From positions 1 to 56,760 of IMG/VR virus record IMGVR_UViG_3300022221_000010: DNA of 56,760 bases. One strand, written 5' to 3'. The notes beneath the pieces are model-generated. The model had not been told where the DNA came from. It was given only the letters and a program-made list of their open reading frames with translations, and did no database searches. Source of the stretch: a virus (taxonomy: Duplodnaviria > Caudoviricetes). Both the position numbers and the translations under genes were made by a program. This document shows positions 16,681 through 26,598 of the stretch, one piece after another. Each line of letters begins with the position of its first letter. The first letter of the stretch is position 1.

Positions 16681-17384
16681 AATTGAAAAAAGATATTCGT
16701 GATTACGCCGATAAAGATAGTGAATGCGGGTGGATGGAATTATCTTACGATTTGTGTACACTGAAATTTCCTAAGCGTGCTTTGCTGTGGTATGTGTTTG
16801 GCAAGTCGCCAGCAATTACACCATTGCTTCCACCATATCGACCGTTTTCGATGTCAGGTATCAAAATGTATAATGATAATCCATTCCACACTGATGTGAT
16901 GCTGGGTGCTGGTCTGGATTATTCGAGTGCCTATCGGGAGTTTGATTCATTCGAAGCATCTGCACTATTTGAAGCAGAGCAGAAAATAAAGGATGAATAT
17001 CACGATTTAATTTCTTTTGATTTTGTTATTCTGTCAAACAAATTTCGAAGTAGTGATTTCAATGCTATGGTTTATGAATATGATCCACCATTAAAGAATG
17101 GAGTTTGGTCAAATAGTCATATTAGTTCTTTTGAACGAAAGAAATCAAGGAATATATCCTGTGTAGTGATTCCACATGCTGGAGTTGAATTTGAATTAGC
17201 AACAAAGAATGCAGATGTAATTATTACTGAACGTGGTGGAAAATTATCACATTTAGCAACTGTCACTAGGGAGAAGGGTGAAAAATTATTAATTCGTGTG
17301 GATGATGCAGTTAAAAAATTTCCTGTATTCACACGATTAAACATTGATACGGATAATATGAAAATAAGAATTATGCACGATTGA
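16662..17384 (+). CDS. protein with C-terminal PEP-utilising mobile (phospho-His swivel) domain
   Basis: ADVIITERGGKLSHLATVTRE matches the GG-x-SH-AIVARE signature. Confidence 0.75.
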   Translation: MEAALVELKKDIRDYADKDSECGWMELSYDLCTLKFPKRALLWYVFGKSPAITPLLPPYRPFSMSGIKMYNDNPFHTDVMLGAGLDYSSAYREFDSFEASALFEAEQKIKDEYHDLISFDFVILSNKFRSSDFNAMVYEYDPPLKNGVWSNSHISSFERKKSRNISCVVIPHAGVEFELATKNADVIITERGGKLSHLATVTREKGEKLLIRVDDAVKKFPVFTRLNIDTDNMKIRIMHD

Positions 17385-17389
17385 CCGTT

Positions 17390-17397
17390 TATAAATA
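17390..17397 (+). promoter_or_regulatory. T4-type late promoter
   Basis: TATAAATA upstream of tmRNA. Confidence 0.6.
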
Positions 17398-17416
17398 GTA
17401 ATGTAAAATAGTTTTA

Positions 17417-17786
17417 TCATTGTATGAAGCGGATGATAGGTTGATAGACGCGGGTTCGAATCCCGCCATCTCCACCAGAAACGTTTGACTCATGTCAAAT
17501 GATCGAAAGATGCACTTATGCACGAGTGCTGCCTAGCCTTTCTAGATGGCGAAAAATGTACAGTAAATGTGCATCAGGGTACAGGGTTCGAATGTTTCTG
17601 ATGGGGATGACTTGGAATCGATGTCGATGCGAAAATATGTGGACAATGTATGTAGATTCATATAAAAAATCAAAAAAACAATAAATGCAAATGATGCACT
17701 TTATGACGGAGATTTCGCACTAGCTGCGTAATTGAAATCTGGGGGTTTGAGACTTCGGTCTGGTGTTCCTTATTACCCAAACACCA
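17417..17786 (+). ncRNA. ssrA: circularly permuted (two-piece) tmRNA
   Basis: Acceptor piece ...GCGGG-TTCGAAT-CCCGC-CATCTCC-A-CCA ends at 17477; GGGGATG starts at 17603 (G3:U70 pair); tag ANDALYDGDFALAA* at 17687-17731 after ATAAAT; outer limits approximate. Confidence 0.9.
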
Positions 17787-17820
17787 TCTAATAATTATTA
17801 ATAATATAGGTGTGGGCTAA

Positions 17821-18063
17821 ATGACAAAGAAGTTTAATCAGCAAGAATTAGAATTTTTAACTGAAAGTACAACCTTATCACTTCACAATCTAAGTAATAC
17901 CTTTAAATTAATGTATGATGAAGATTCACCTGAATCTTATAAAAAAATTCTTTATGGCATAACACTCATGTTGGATGATAAGAATTTTTGTCAAAATATG
18001 ATAGATGTAGCTGAAAGAAGCCAAACTTACTCAGAGGAAATTATTTCGCCGGTAAGACATTAA
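17821..18063 (+). CDS. hypothetical protein
   Basis: 80-aa ORF coupled to the next gene. Confidence 0.6.
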   Translation: MTKKFNQQELEFLTESTTLSLHNLSNTFKLMYDEDSPESYKKILYGITLMLDDKNFCQNMIDVAERSQTYSEEIISPVRH

Positions 18064-18806
18064 TGGATATTTCATTAATGAGTGACATTCATCATGAATT
18101 TTTTATTTATGATGAAAAAATATTCCCCGAACAAGATGGTGAGGTGTTAATTCTTGCCGGGGATATCATGTCTCTAAATACCGACATAAGGATATTGTGG
18201 TTCGAAAAATACATAGAGATTGCACTTCAAAAATTTAAACACGTTATTATGGTCGCCGGTAATCATGAATTTTATGGTGCGGATTTTTTAACGGTTATAT
18301 CCATTTTGAATCAAATGGATAAACGATATAATAATTTTCATTTCCTGAATCACAAGAGTATAAAAATTGGTGGTGTGAATTTCATCGGTGCAACTCTATG
18401 GTCATCTCCATCCTATGCAAGTTTTGCGAGTATCAATGATGGAAATTACATCAGACTGGGAAATCTACCATTTAATTATAATTTTCTTTGTGAATTAAAT
18501 TCCAGATCAAAAGATTTTATTCGTGAAGAATTAGAAAATAAAAAATCGGAAAAAAATGTAGTCGTTACACATTTTGGCCCTGACCCTTATTTATGTCCAG
18601 ACGAATATAAATCATGTTCCAACAATGATTATTATTTTTCTTCTGGATTTCAATATCATTTTCATCATGCAAATCTCTGGTTATTTGGCCACACACATGC
18701 GTCAATTGATACTAAAATTAACGGTTGTCGCTTTGTTACCAATCCGCGTGGTTACGCTCACGAATTAAATAAAAATTATTCTTCGAATAAAATAATAATA
18801 ATTTGA
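18063..18806 (+). CDS. calcineurin-like metallophosphoesterase
   Basis: SDIH, LAGDI, GNHE, VTH and GHTH motifs. Confidence 0.92.
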   Translation: MDISLMSDIHHEFFIYDEKIFPEQDGEVLILAGDIMSLNTDIRILWFEKYIEIALQKFKHVIMVAGNHEFYGADFLTVISILNQMDKRYNNFHFLNHKSIKIGGVNFIGATLWSSPSYASFASINDGNYIRLGNLPFNYNFLCELNSRSKDFIREELENKKSEKNVVVTHFGPDPYLCPDEYKSCSNNDYYFSSGFQYHFHHANLWLFGHTHASIDTKINGCRFVTNPRGYAHELNKNYSSNKIIII

Positions 18807-18866
18807 TTTTTTATTATTTTTGTATAACAATGCCTCAAATTTAAATTAAGAGGCAATACAAAAATA

Positions 18867-19163
18867 ATGAGTAGAAAGATTTCAATGAAAGGCAAAGGCC
18901 ATTACGCAATTTATAAAAATGAAAATCTTTGCAGTAAAAATAAAAAGAATAAATTAATTCGTCACCTAAATAAAAATCCATCGGATGATGTAGCACACGA
19001 AGCTTTGTCGAAAGGCAATTTCCAATGTCGTAAAGCACCCTTCAATAATGTTTGGTCCAAAACGAATAAACGTTTAGCCAAATATTTCAAAGAAGTTGGT
19101 TTGCGCGGTAACTCGGTTTTAAATATTCATCCGTTAGAATGGGCCGAACAACTATATAAATAA
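18867..19163 (+). CDS. basic hypothetical protein
   Basis: Lys-rich 98-aa ORF. Confidence 0.6.
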   Translation: MSRKISMKGKGHYAIYKNENLCSKNKKNKLIRHLNKNPSDDVAHEALSKGNFQCRKAPFNNVWSKTNKRLAKYFKEVGLRGNSVLNIHPLEWAEQLYK

Positions 19164-19177
19164 GTAGGTAATAATAA

Positions 19178-19387
19178 ATGTATATTAAAAAAGTAAGACT
19201 TCTTTCGGAAAATTTCGGTGTCGTTATTAATGGTTTCACAGCGGCACTATCTCTGGAAAACGAAGAAACTGTGGTGATGCCATGTGGCGCAAGAATTTCA
19301 TTTGATGAAATTGAATCGATGCCTAGAACTAGTCCTTTGGGAAAAGTATTTTCTAAATTAGCAATAATACAGCGTGGTGCACTTTAA
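19178..19387 (+). CDS. hypothetical protein
   Basis: Follows TATAAATA at 19155-19162; coupled to uvsX. Confidence 0.6.
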   Translation: MYIKKVRLLSENFGVVINGFTAALSLENEETVVMPCGARISFDEIESMPRTSPLGKVFSKLAIIQRGAL

Positions 19388-20454
19388 TGAGTTTAATCGA
19401 ATCTTTAATGAAATCTACTAATAATGATTTCGCTAATTTAGTTATTGATGGCGTGGTTGGTGATAATGCCGGTTTTATAGATACTGGATCGTATGCATTA
19501 AATGCATTATTGTCTGGTTCAATTTATGGTGGTATTCCCTCAAATAAAATATCGGCCATTGCTGGTGAATCTGGTGTGGGAAAAACTTACTACGCATTGC
19601 AAATTGTTAAATCCTTTCTTGACAAAGACCCTAATAATGTCGTTATTTATTTTGAGTCGGAATCTGCGATAGATTCTGAAGTAGTAAAATCTCGTGGTAT
19701 TGATCCTGAACGCATGGCTATTATATCGGTTGCAACTGTTCAGGAATATCGACATCAGGCGGTGAAGGTCATTGAACAATATGAAGCTGATACGACCGAG
19801 AAAGAGCGCGAAGAACCTCATCTTTTAATTATTCTGGATTCACTTGGCAACTTGTCCACAACGAAAGAAGTTGAAGATATGTCAAGCGGTGCGGAAAAAT
19901 TAGATATGACTCGATCTAAATTAATTCGTGGTGCCTTCCGAGTTTTGACATTGAAATGTGGCAAGCTGAATGTTCCGATGTTGTTAACTAATCATGTCTA
20001 TGAAACTCAATCAATGTACAGCCAAACGGTGATGGGTGGTGGTGCTGGTTTAACCTATGCTGCATCTTCGGTTGTATTTCTGAAGAAGGCTAAAGAAAAA
20101 GATGGTACAGATGTTATTGGTGCACTGATTACCGCATTACTTCAAAAAGGTCGATTGACGATTGAACAGAAAAAAGTTCAAACCCGATTATTTTATGAAA
20201 CTGGTCTAGACAAATATTTTGGTCTGGTTGATATAGCGATTGAAGCTGGTATCTTTGAAAAGATATCAACAAAAATTAAATTACCGGATGGTACAACAAA
20301 ATTCCGAAAACATATCGAAAATAAACCGGCTAATTATTTCACTGATGAAATATTAGATCAAATAGATGCGAATTGTAAAAAAATATTTTGCTATGGTTCT
20401 GATCTGTCGGGAAGCGCTATGGTTGAAGAAGACATGGTTGAAGACGATGGCTAG
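19387..20454 (+). CDS. uvsX: RecA-like recombinase UvsX
   Basis: IDTGSYALN, AGESGVGKT Walker A, LDSLGNL, DMTR. Confidence 0.95.
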   Translation: MSLIESLMKSTNNDFANLVIDGVVGDNAGFIDTGSYALNALLSGSIYGGIPSNKISAIAGESGVGKTYYALQIVKSFLDKDPNNVVIYFESESAIDSEVVKSRGIDPERMAIISVATVQEYRHQAVKVIEQYEADTTEKEREEPHLLIILDSLGNLSTTKEVEDMSSGAEKLDMTRSKLIRGAFRVLTLKCGKLNVPMLLTNHVYETQSMYSQTVMGGGAGLTYAASSVVFLKKAKEKDGTDVIGALITALLQKGRLTIEQKKVQTRLFYETGLDKYFGLVDIAIEAGIFEKISTKIKLPDGTTKFRKHIENKPANYFTDEILDQIDANCKKIFCYGSDLSGSAMVEEDMVEDDG

Positions 20455-20695
20455 AATGGATGGATTTGAATATGAATTTATGATCGATAAAAATGATTTA
20501 ATTCATATTCTCATCTCAAATACCACACGAATAATTATTCACAAAATTGACTTTGAAGAAAATAAAGATAAAATTCTAAAAGTCGATTTTGATGTAATTG
20601 GTGATGTGGCTAATCCGGATTATATTATCCAGAATTTTATGGATAAAATCGACGACAACTTAACAGTACAGGATTTTGAAAATGCAGCAAAATGA
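20447..20695 (+). CDS. hypothetical protein (gp40 position)
   Basis: Lies between uvsX and gene 41, where T4 has gene 40; no motif recognised. Confidence 0.55.
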   Translation: MARMDGFEYEFMIDKNDLIHILISNTTRIIIHKIDFEENKDKILKVDFDVIGDVANPDYIIQNFMDKIDDNLTVQDFENAAK

Positions 20696-21119
20696 ATTAA
20701 AAATAATATCTCAAATATCGGAATCAATATTTATTGTTGAACACAATGGATCATCTTTATCTATTGATGTTTCCAATCACAAAAATTCTAAGAACATCAG
20801 TGGTGTGGTTCTCAAGCGCCCCGAACTTGAAGAGATTACGGGTGCGGTCAAAGAAAAAATAAAAGCTATGATTGTTGAACGAGAATCGATTATAGAACAA
20901 GAAAAAAAGGATATGAATAATTTTTTAAATGAAAAAATTGATGATATCTGTTCGGTCTTGGAACAACATTCGGTTTCGGATAATCTGAGTATAATCGCAA
21001 ATGAATATGTCGTACAATTATCACTTTATTTATACGACCGAGAGCGACCGGAACGTCTCCAACAATTGCAAAACATGATTTCTAAAGCAATTTCGGAGCG
21101 GTTTGACATTGGAGACTGA
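20682..21119 (+). CDS. hypothetical protein
   Basis: Helical ORF overlapping both neighbours. Confidence 0.6.
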   Translation: MQQNELKIISQISESIFIVEHNGSSLSIDVSNHKNSKNISGVVLKRPELEEITGAVKEKIKAMIVERESIIEQEKKDMNNFLNEKIDDICSVLEQHSVSDNLSIIANEYVVQLSLYLYDRERPERLQQLQNMISKAISERFDIGD

Positions 21120-22491
21120 TGAATTAATCGTACACAATTTAATCAATGATGAATCATATACCCGTAAAGTAATACCATTTTTATTATCTGAATATTTCTT
21201 AGATAAAAAGATTCGAATAATATTTGAATTAATCAATGAATTTTTTATTGAGTATAATACTAAACCATCATATGCATCATTGAGGATTGATACCGAGTCA
21301 TACGAGGGTATGGATCAAGATACTTATGAATCCATACTAAAATTTTTATCACTGTCTGAAGGGACTAATGAATCGGTTGATTTTAATTGGTTAGTTGATA
21401 CAACAGAAGAATTTTGTCAGGAAAGAGCGCTTTCAATTGCTTTATTTACTGCAATTGAAATATCGGAAGATGATAACGAAAAATCGTCATTAACGAAAAC
21501 TGCTATTCCGGAAATTCTACAAAAAGCATTATCGGTTAGTTTTGATACTAATATTGGTCATGACTTTATCGAAAACGCGATTGAACGATATAATTTCATT
21601 CATGATGATGTTGAGCACATTCCGTTTGATATCGACATATTAAATAAAATTACAAAGAATGGTGTTACGCGAAAAACATTAAATGTTTTAATGGCTGCAA
21701 CGGGTGGATTTAAATCTGGTACGTTATGTCATTTTGCCGCACAATATTTTTTAGCTGGTTTGAATGTCGTGTATATTACCATGGAGATGTCCGAGGAAAA
21801 AATTGGTGAACGTATCGATTGTAATTTATTGGATGTTACGTTCGATTCGATGGCTGAAATGTCTCGCGTGGTTTATGAGAAAAAGATCGAACGTATAAAG
21901 GAAAGGAGTCCCGGTAAGCTGATCATTAAAGAATATCCAACATCATCGGCACATGCTGGCCATTTCAGATTCTTACTTCGCGAATTGCGAACAAAAAAGA
22001 ATTTTGTTCCGGATATTGTCATAGTTGATTATTTGAATATTTGTGCATCGTCACGAATAAAGAGTTCAGAGAATTCTTATAATTACGTGAAATCCATAGC
22101 AGAAGAACTTCGCGGCCTTGCTGTTGAATTTAACGTGCCTCTGTGGACTGCTACGCAAACCAATCGCGATGGTTGGGATAAGTCTGATTTATCGTTATCC
22201 AATACGTCTGAATCGGCTGGACTACCGGCAACTGCTGATTTATTTTTGGGTGTTATTGGTGGTGAAGATATGGATATGGCTGGCCAATTAGCATTTAAAC
22301 AATTAAAGAATCGTTATAATGATGTGAATTATTACAGAAAATTCACGGTTGGTTGTAATAAAGCTAAAATGAAGTTGTTTGATTTGGATATAGAACAAAA
22401 TCCTCAACCACCTCCACCCGGTGCAAATCAAGCGGATATATCCAATATGAGAAAATCAAAAACCGAGAAGTTTTCATCGTTCAAAGTATAG
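21103..22491 (+). CDS. 41: replicative DNA helicase gp41
   Basis: RKVIPFL, Walker A variant AATGGFKS, TMEMSEE, IKEYPT, IVDYLNIC, TATQTNR, KNRY. Confidence 0.95.
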   Translation: MTLETDELIVHNLINDESYTRKVIPFLLSEYFLDKKIRIIFELINEFFIEYNTKPSYASLRIDTESYEGMDQDTYESILKFLSLSEGTNESVDFNWLVDTTEEFCQERALSIALFTAIEISEDDNEKSSLTKTAIPEILQKALSVSFDTNIGHDFIENAIERYNFIHDDVEHIPFDIDILNKITKNGVTRKTLNVLMAATGGFKSGTLCHFAAQYFLAGLNVVYITMEMSEEKIGERIDCNLLDVTFDSMAEMSRVVYEKKIERIKERSPGKLIIKEYPTSSAHAGHFRFLLRELRTKKNFVPDIVIVDYLNICASSRIKSSENSYNYVKSIAEELRGLAVEFNVPLWTATQTNRDGWDKSDLSLSNTSESAGLPATADLFLGVIGGEDMDMAGQLAFKQLKNRYNDVNYYRKFTVGCNKAKMKLFDLDIEQNPQPPPPGANQADISNMRKSKTEKFSSFKV

Positions 22492-22496
22492 ATGCG

Positions 22497-22504
22497 TATA
22501 AATA
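22497..22504 (+). promoter_or_regulatory. T4-type late promoter
   Basis: TATAAATA upstream of the putative internal-protein cluster. Confidence 0.7.
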
Positions 22505-22527
22505 TTATTTAAAGAATAATATTTTTT

Positions 22528-22755
22528 ATGAAGACATTTAAAGAACTTCTCGCCGCGCTACCTGAAGACCTTACGCACGATCCGCAATTCAAAGCTGTGG
22601 ATCGTGCGCTTTCTATGGACACTAATAAGCAGCTTCAGACTGAGTGGTCGAAAGGTAATCTAGATAAAATTATCAATTTATTGAATTCGCGTTTAGATAG
22701 TAAACGTGATGTCAAGTTAGCATTCGACTATATGAGGAACCATGTCAGTAACTAA
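22528..22755 (+). CDS. putative internal head protein
   Basis: N-terminus MKTFKEL resembles the T4 IP capsid-targeting sequence. Confidence 0.65.
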   Translation: MKTFKELLAALPEDLTHDPQFKAVDRALSMDTNKQLQTEWSKGNLDKIINLLNSRLDSKRDVKLAFDYMRNHVSN

Positions 22756-23848
22756 TGCAGAATTACGCAAGTTAGAAACTTTATTAGATCAATTATTTGA
22801 CAAAATTGGTGTCGATATCGTATTCACTAGACATTTTATGGATCGGGTGAATGATGTTCGAAATAGTAGGGAAATTGAAATTGAAGAATTGCGTGATATA
22901 TTTCTCAAAGCCTATCGAAAATATAGCACATATTTTCCGAAAATGCGTCCTGATATCGAAGCGGTTTTAACTGATCTTCAGAGTCAATTAAATATTCCGT
23001 TTGTCATGAAATGGGATAAGCGAAATAGTGAATTTGATTTAGTCTCAAAAACCGTTATGCGCAAGAAAAACTTCAAGACCAGTAATCGAAAACTTCAAGT
23101 CGAAGCACCTGTAATTTATCGCGCACTGTTGACGGCTATTGGTAAAAAGATCGACAAAAAAACTTGGGATGCCGCTACTGAATTTTACAAAAAACAACTA
23201 AAATTAGGTAAAGCAAAAGACCTTTCCATTTCACGTACTGCCAGAACTTTTGGTATAGATTTGAAACCATTCTCACGATACATTAATAATTTAGAATTGA
23301 ATGAAAGTGGGGTTGTAATTATATCTGATTCATTATATAATGAACACAAAGAAACTATTGATGAATATGCATCTGATAATGGAGTTAGTGTTATTATGGT
23401 TAATGAATCTATATCAACTGATGAAGAATTGATGCTTGAAATAGAGCGCGAATTCAAGAAAAAGTTCCCGTTTGGATTTTTCTCCATCACTAAACGTAAT
23501 ATGTTTGGATCACCTGTAATTGGTATCAGTTTAGGTTTGATTGGTGATGTGAACGAGTTAACAAGCAAGATTCGGGACAATGATCCCATGTTTCACTCTT
23601 TCTTAATCGATTTGAAGGCTGAAAACAAATACGAATCAAGAAATAATCGTGGAAGTCTTTCAGTTAATCCGAAAGAACGCCACCTTGCTATGAGTTCTGT
23701 CAAAACCAGTATGCGAAAGACTTCTGGAGATGCTAACAAGATATTGAAAGCTTATATCACTTTCTTTGCGAAATTGAAAAAGATTGTCAAAGAAAATGAA
23801 TCAGACATTTATAGTCGCGACAAATACTCGGATAAATATTTCAAATGA
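22742..23848 (+). CDS. multidomain putative virion protein
   Basis: FTRHFMDRVND...KTVMRKK N-terminal domain; internal LNES/VNES possible gp21 sites. Confidence 0.7.
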   Translation: MSVTNAELRKLETLLDQLFDKIGVDIVFTRHFMDRVNDVRNSREIEIEELRDIFLKAYRKYSTYFPKMRPDIEAVLTDLQSQLNIPFVMKWDKRNSEFDLVSKTVMRKKNFKTSNRKLQVEAPVIYRALLTAIGKKIDKKTWDAATEFYKKQLKLGKAKDLSISRTARTFGIDLKPFSRYINNLELNESGVVIISDSLYNEHKETIDEYASDNGVSVIMVNESISTDEELMLEIEREFKKKFPFGFFSITKRNMFGSPVIGISLGLIGDVNELTSKIRDNDPMFHSFLIDLKAENKYESRNNRGSLSVNPKERHLAMSSVKTSMRKTSGDANKILKAYITFFAKLKKIVKENESDIYSRDKYSDKYFK

Positions 23849-24279
23849 AAACATACAACGAATTTATTAGTGAGGGAAATGCTGAGTTAATCCGAAATGC
23901 CAAAATTGGCAGTAACGTGATATACAGCGAACCGAACCGAAGAGTGACCCCAATTAACCATCCAAGTGTGAAAAATCATGAAGTGATCGGTTGGTTTTCC
24001 AATAAGAGCAATCCAGCTTTCGGATGGGTCATACATAAATTAGATTCGCATGATATTTCGTGGTTGCGATCTAAAAGTATAAATCCGAAAGGAATTTATC
24101 GGGTTGCTTCTGAACATGGATCAAGGGTTAACACCAGTTTGATTAAATTGAACTTTAAAACAGGTACATACGCATTTCTTGACAACAAATATCTAGAAGA
24201 TACTGATGAAATCAGGTTTGATAAAATGGTGAAAGCGAAGAAAATTGTACTTGATGTATACGCAGAGACCTTAGTATGA
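23845..24279 (+). CDS. putative internal head protein
   Basis: MKTYNEFISE capsid-targeting-like N-terminus. Confidence 0.7.
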   Translation: MKTYNEFISEGNAELIRNAKIGSNVIYSEPNRRVTPINHPSVKNHEVIGWFSNKSNPAFGWVIHKLDSHDISWLRSKSINPKGIYRVASEHGSRVNTSLIKLNFKTGTYAFLDNKYLEDTDEIRFDKMVKAKKIVLDVYAETLV

Positions 24280-24761
24280 TTGAAATTTGTTATTTTGATT
24301 TAGATGGTGTATTGGCTGATTTTGAGCGTGGTGTATTTCAGGCTACTGGTAAACACATTCCGACGAATATGGGTCCGGATGGATTTGAAGAATCAGGATT
24401 GAAATCAGAAGTATTCGAAAATGATAAATTTTTTATTGATTTGCCGTTGATGATTGGTGCGAAAGAAATGTCGAATGAGGCGAAAAATTTATTTCCCTCA
24501 ATCCAAATATTGTCTGCCTATGGATCGATCAATACGAAATCAGTTCAGTCTCAAAAACATAAATGGGTAAAACGGTGGTTTGGAAATCTTCCGGTTACTC
24601 TGGTGCCGAATTCAAAGGCTAAAGGTAAATTTGGTAAACCGACTACTTTGTTAATCGATGATAGAACCAAAGCCACAAATGCATTTAAATCGAATGGTGG
24701 TAACATCATTCTACATACGGATTATAGAAAAACAATTAAGGAAATGGGAAAATTCACGTGA
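24276..24761 (+). CDS. HAD-family 5'(3')-deoxyribonucleotidase-like protein
   Basis: FDLDGVLADF and LLIDDR motifs. Confidence 0.85.
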   Translation: MIEICYFDLDGVLADFERGVFQATGKHIPTNMGPDGFEESGLKSEVFENDKFFIDLPLMIGAKEMSNEAKNLFPSIQILSAYGSINTKSVQSQKHKWVKRWFGNLPVTLVPNSKAKGKFGKPTTLLIDDRTKATNAFKSNGGNIILHTDYRKTIKEMGKFT

Positions 24762-25699
24762 AACAATATAACGAATTTTTGAATGAAGACCTTCTAACCG
24801 AAAAATTGATCAATATCAATCAAGGGAAAAAATACGGTCAAGTAGTATTTCTTGCCGGTGGTGCAGGATCGGGTAAAGGTTTCGCCTCGAAAAATTTCCT
24901 CAATATCGCGGATTTTAAAGTACGTGATGTTGATGCATGGAAACTAACGTTTCTTAAATTGGCCAATTTAACGTCAAAGCATCCGGAATTGAAGGGGTTA
25001 TCATTGAAAGACCCCAAAAATGTTGCATTTGTGCATGAGTATGTTCGAAAATTTAAGATTAAAGATAAAACTCTTGATTTAATGCTTCAGAACATGAGAA
25101 ATCCGAATACTTTACCGAATATAATGTTCGATGTCACGCTAAAGGATATGAGTGACATCAGTAAGGTATTACCTTCTCTAATTACGGCTGGATATAAGGC
25201 TGAAAATATTCATGTCGTGTGGGTACTAACAGATTATTCCATCGCTGTTAAACAAAATCGTGAACGCGAACGTGTCGTGCCTGATGATATTTTATTAGAT
25301 ACCCATATTGGTGCAGCTAATACCATGTGGGATATTTTAGGTGGTAAAGCGCCTAAAGCTGTCAATGGTGGTATATATGTTATTTTGAATAATCAGAAGC
25401 ATACGATCCTGTTCAAAGAAACGGATGGTAAAGATTATCGTCATGCTAAAGATAAATCAGATAATAATATTCGGAAAAATGTTGAGGCGCAGGGATTTGA
25501 TTTATTGAATAAATTAAAGGTCCGTCCTAAGCGCGAAAAACCGGGTAAAGATCGTGTTATTATTAAAGACTTCAAATATCTCACATTTAAATATCCTAAA
25601 AAACCACCTTTATCGGATGCGAAAATAAAACTTCAATTATTTACGTGGGTTACGAATAATGTACCATTTACTGATAAGGTTAAAGCCTTTAAAGAATAG
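24758..25699 (+). CDS. P-loop kinase-like protein with capsid-targeting-like N-terminus
   Basis: MKQYNEFLNE; VVFLAGGAGSGKG Walker A; NRERER lid-like motif. Confidence 0.8.
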   Translation: MKQYNEFLNEDLLTEKLININQGKKYGQVVFLAGGAGSGKGFASKNFLNIADFKVRDVDAWKLTFLKLANLTSKHPELKGLSLKDPKNVAFVHEYVRKFKIKDKTLDLMLQNMRNPNTLPNIMFDVTLKDMSDISKVLPSLITAGYKAENIHVVWVLTDYSIAVKQNRERERVVPDDILLDTHIGAANTMWDILGGKAPKAVNGGIYVILNNQKHTILFKETDGKDYRHAKDKSDNNIRKNVEAQGFDLLNKLKVRPKREKPGKDRVIIKDFKYLTFKYPKKPPLSDAKIKLQLFTWVTNNVPFTDKVKAFKE

Positions 25700-25706
25700 A
25701 TTTATA

Positions 25707-25735
25707 TTGACATCACTATGAATTGTTGCTATGAT
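25707..25735 (+). promoter_or_regulatory. sigma70-like promoter
   Basis: TTGACA-N17-TATGAT. Confidence 0.7.
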
Positions 25736-25755
25736 TCTGTTGAGGTGAAAAACTA

Positions 25756-25956
25756 ATGAAGAAGTTTAAAGTAACACATTATGAGCTGTATGTGCCTGAT
25801 ACTACTGTAAAGGTATATTCCGAAAAGGAATTGTACGAAAGATATAGTAGTGTTGACGTTTTTGAAATGTTCGGTGTTGATGATCTGGAAGTGGGTAGAG
25901 CTTCAAATTTCAGTTATGATCATTACATTGATTTGTGTGTTGAAAGAATCGAATGA
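25756..25956 (+). CDS. hypothetical protein
   Basis: GAGGTG RBS. Confidence 0.65.
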   Translation: MKKFKVTHYELYVPDTTVKVYSEKELYERYSSVDVFEMFGVDDLEVGRASNFSYDHYIDLCVERIE

Positions 25957-26546
25957 AAAAATATCGTGAAATTTTAAGTGAATCGGGATTAAGTCGTCTC
26001 TATAATCAATCGAAACAATTTGATTATGGGACGATAACCGCATTCCGTAGTGCACGCGATTGTAACACTGGCGTGCCATATACGAAAGCTGAGAACAAGG
26101 CACGCAATCGCCAGTTACTCAATAAGCTACTGGCCAAAGGTTATAGTGTAACCAAAATCAAAGGTTCATACATTGAGAACTATGGTTCATCAGATGAACG
26201 CGAAGTTGGTGAAAATTCCTTCATAGTTTTCGATATTAAAAAAACTGGGAAATTGAAGAAAGACCTTTTAGCATTGGGTGAAGAATTTGAACAAGATTCG
26301 ATTATTTATTCGGATGCCAGCGGTAAAGCCGCATTAATCGGAACAAATAAATGTCCTAATGGATATCCCGGTTATCATAAATCGGTGTCTCAGGGTGTGG
26401 GTATATTCGGTAAAACGGGTGAATTTATGAGTCGTGTGAAAGGTAGACCATTCGTATTTTCCGAATCATTGGAATATACTAATTATTCCGTTTTACGATA
26501 TCCAACTGAAATTAGAAGTGCGATTGAGTTATCTAAGATAATTTGA
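25953..26546 (+). CDS. putative internal head protein
   Basis: MKKYREILSE; GTITAFR, GSYIE and FEQDSI motifs. Confidence 0.7.
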   Translation: MKKYREILSESGLSRLYNQSKQFDYGTITAFRSARDCNTGVPYTKAENKARNRQLLNKLLAKGYSVTKIKGSYIENYGSSDEREVGENSFIVFDIKKTGKLKKDLLALGEEFEQDSIIYSDASGKAALIGTNKCPNGYPGYHKSVSQGVGIFGKTGEFMSRVKGRPFVFSESLEYTNYSVLRYPTEIRSAIELSKII

Positions 26547-26598
26547 TTTATTGGTCCATATAACATACCATCTGTTTTTTTAAAAAATGGTATGTAAT

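Noticed and set aside
17499-17684. 61-aa ORF
   Set aside because: Lies within the tmRNA gene
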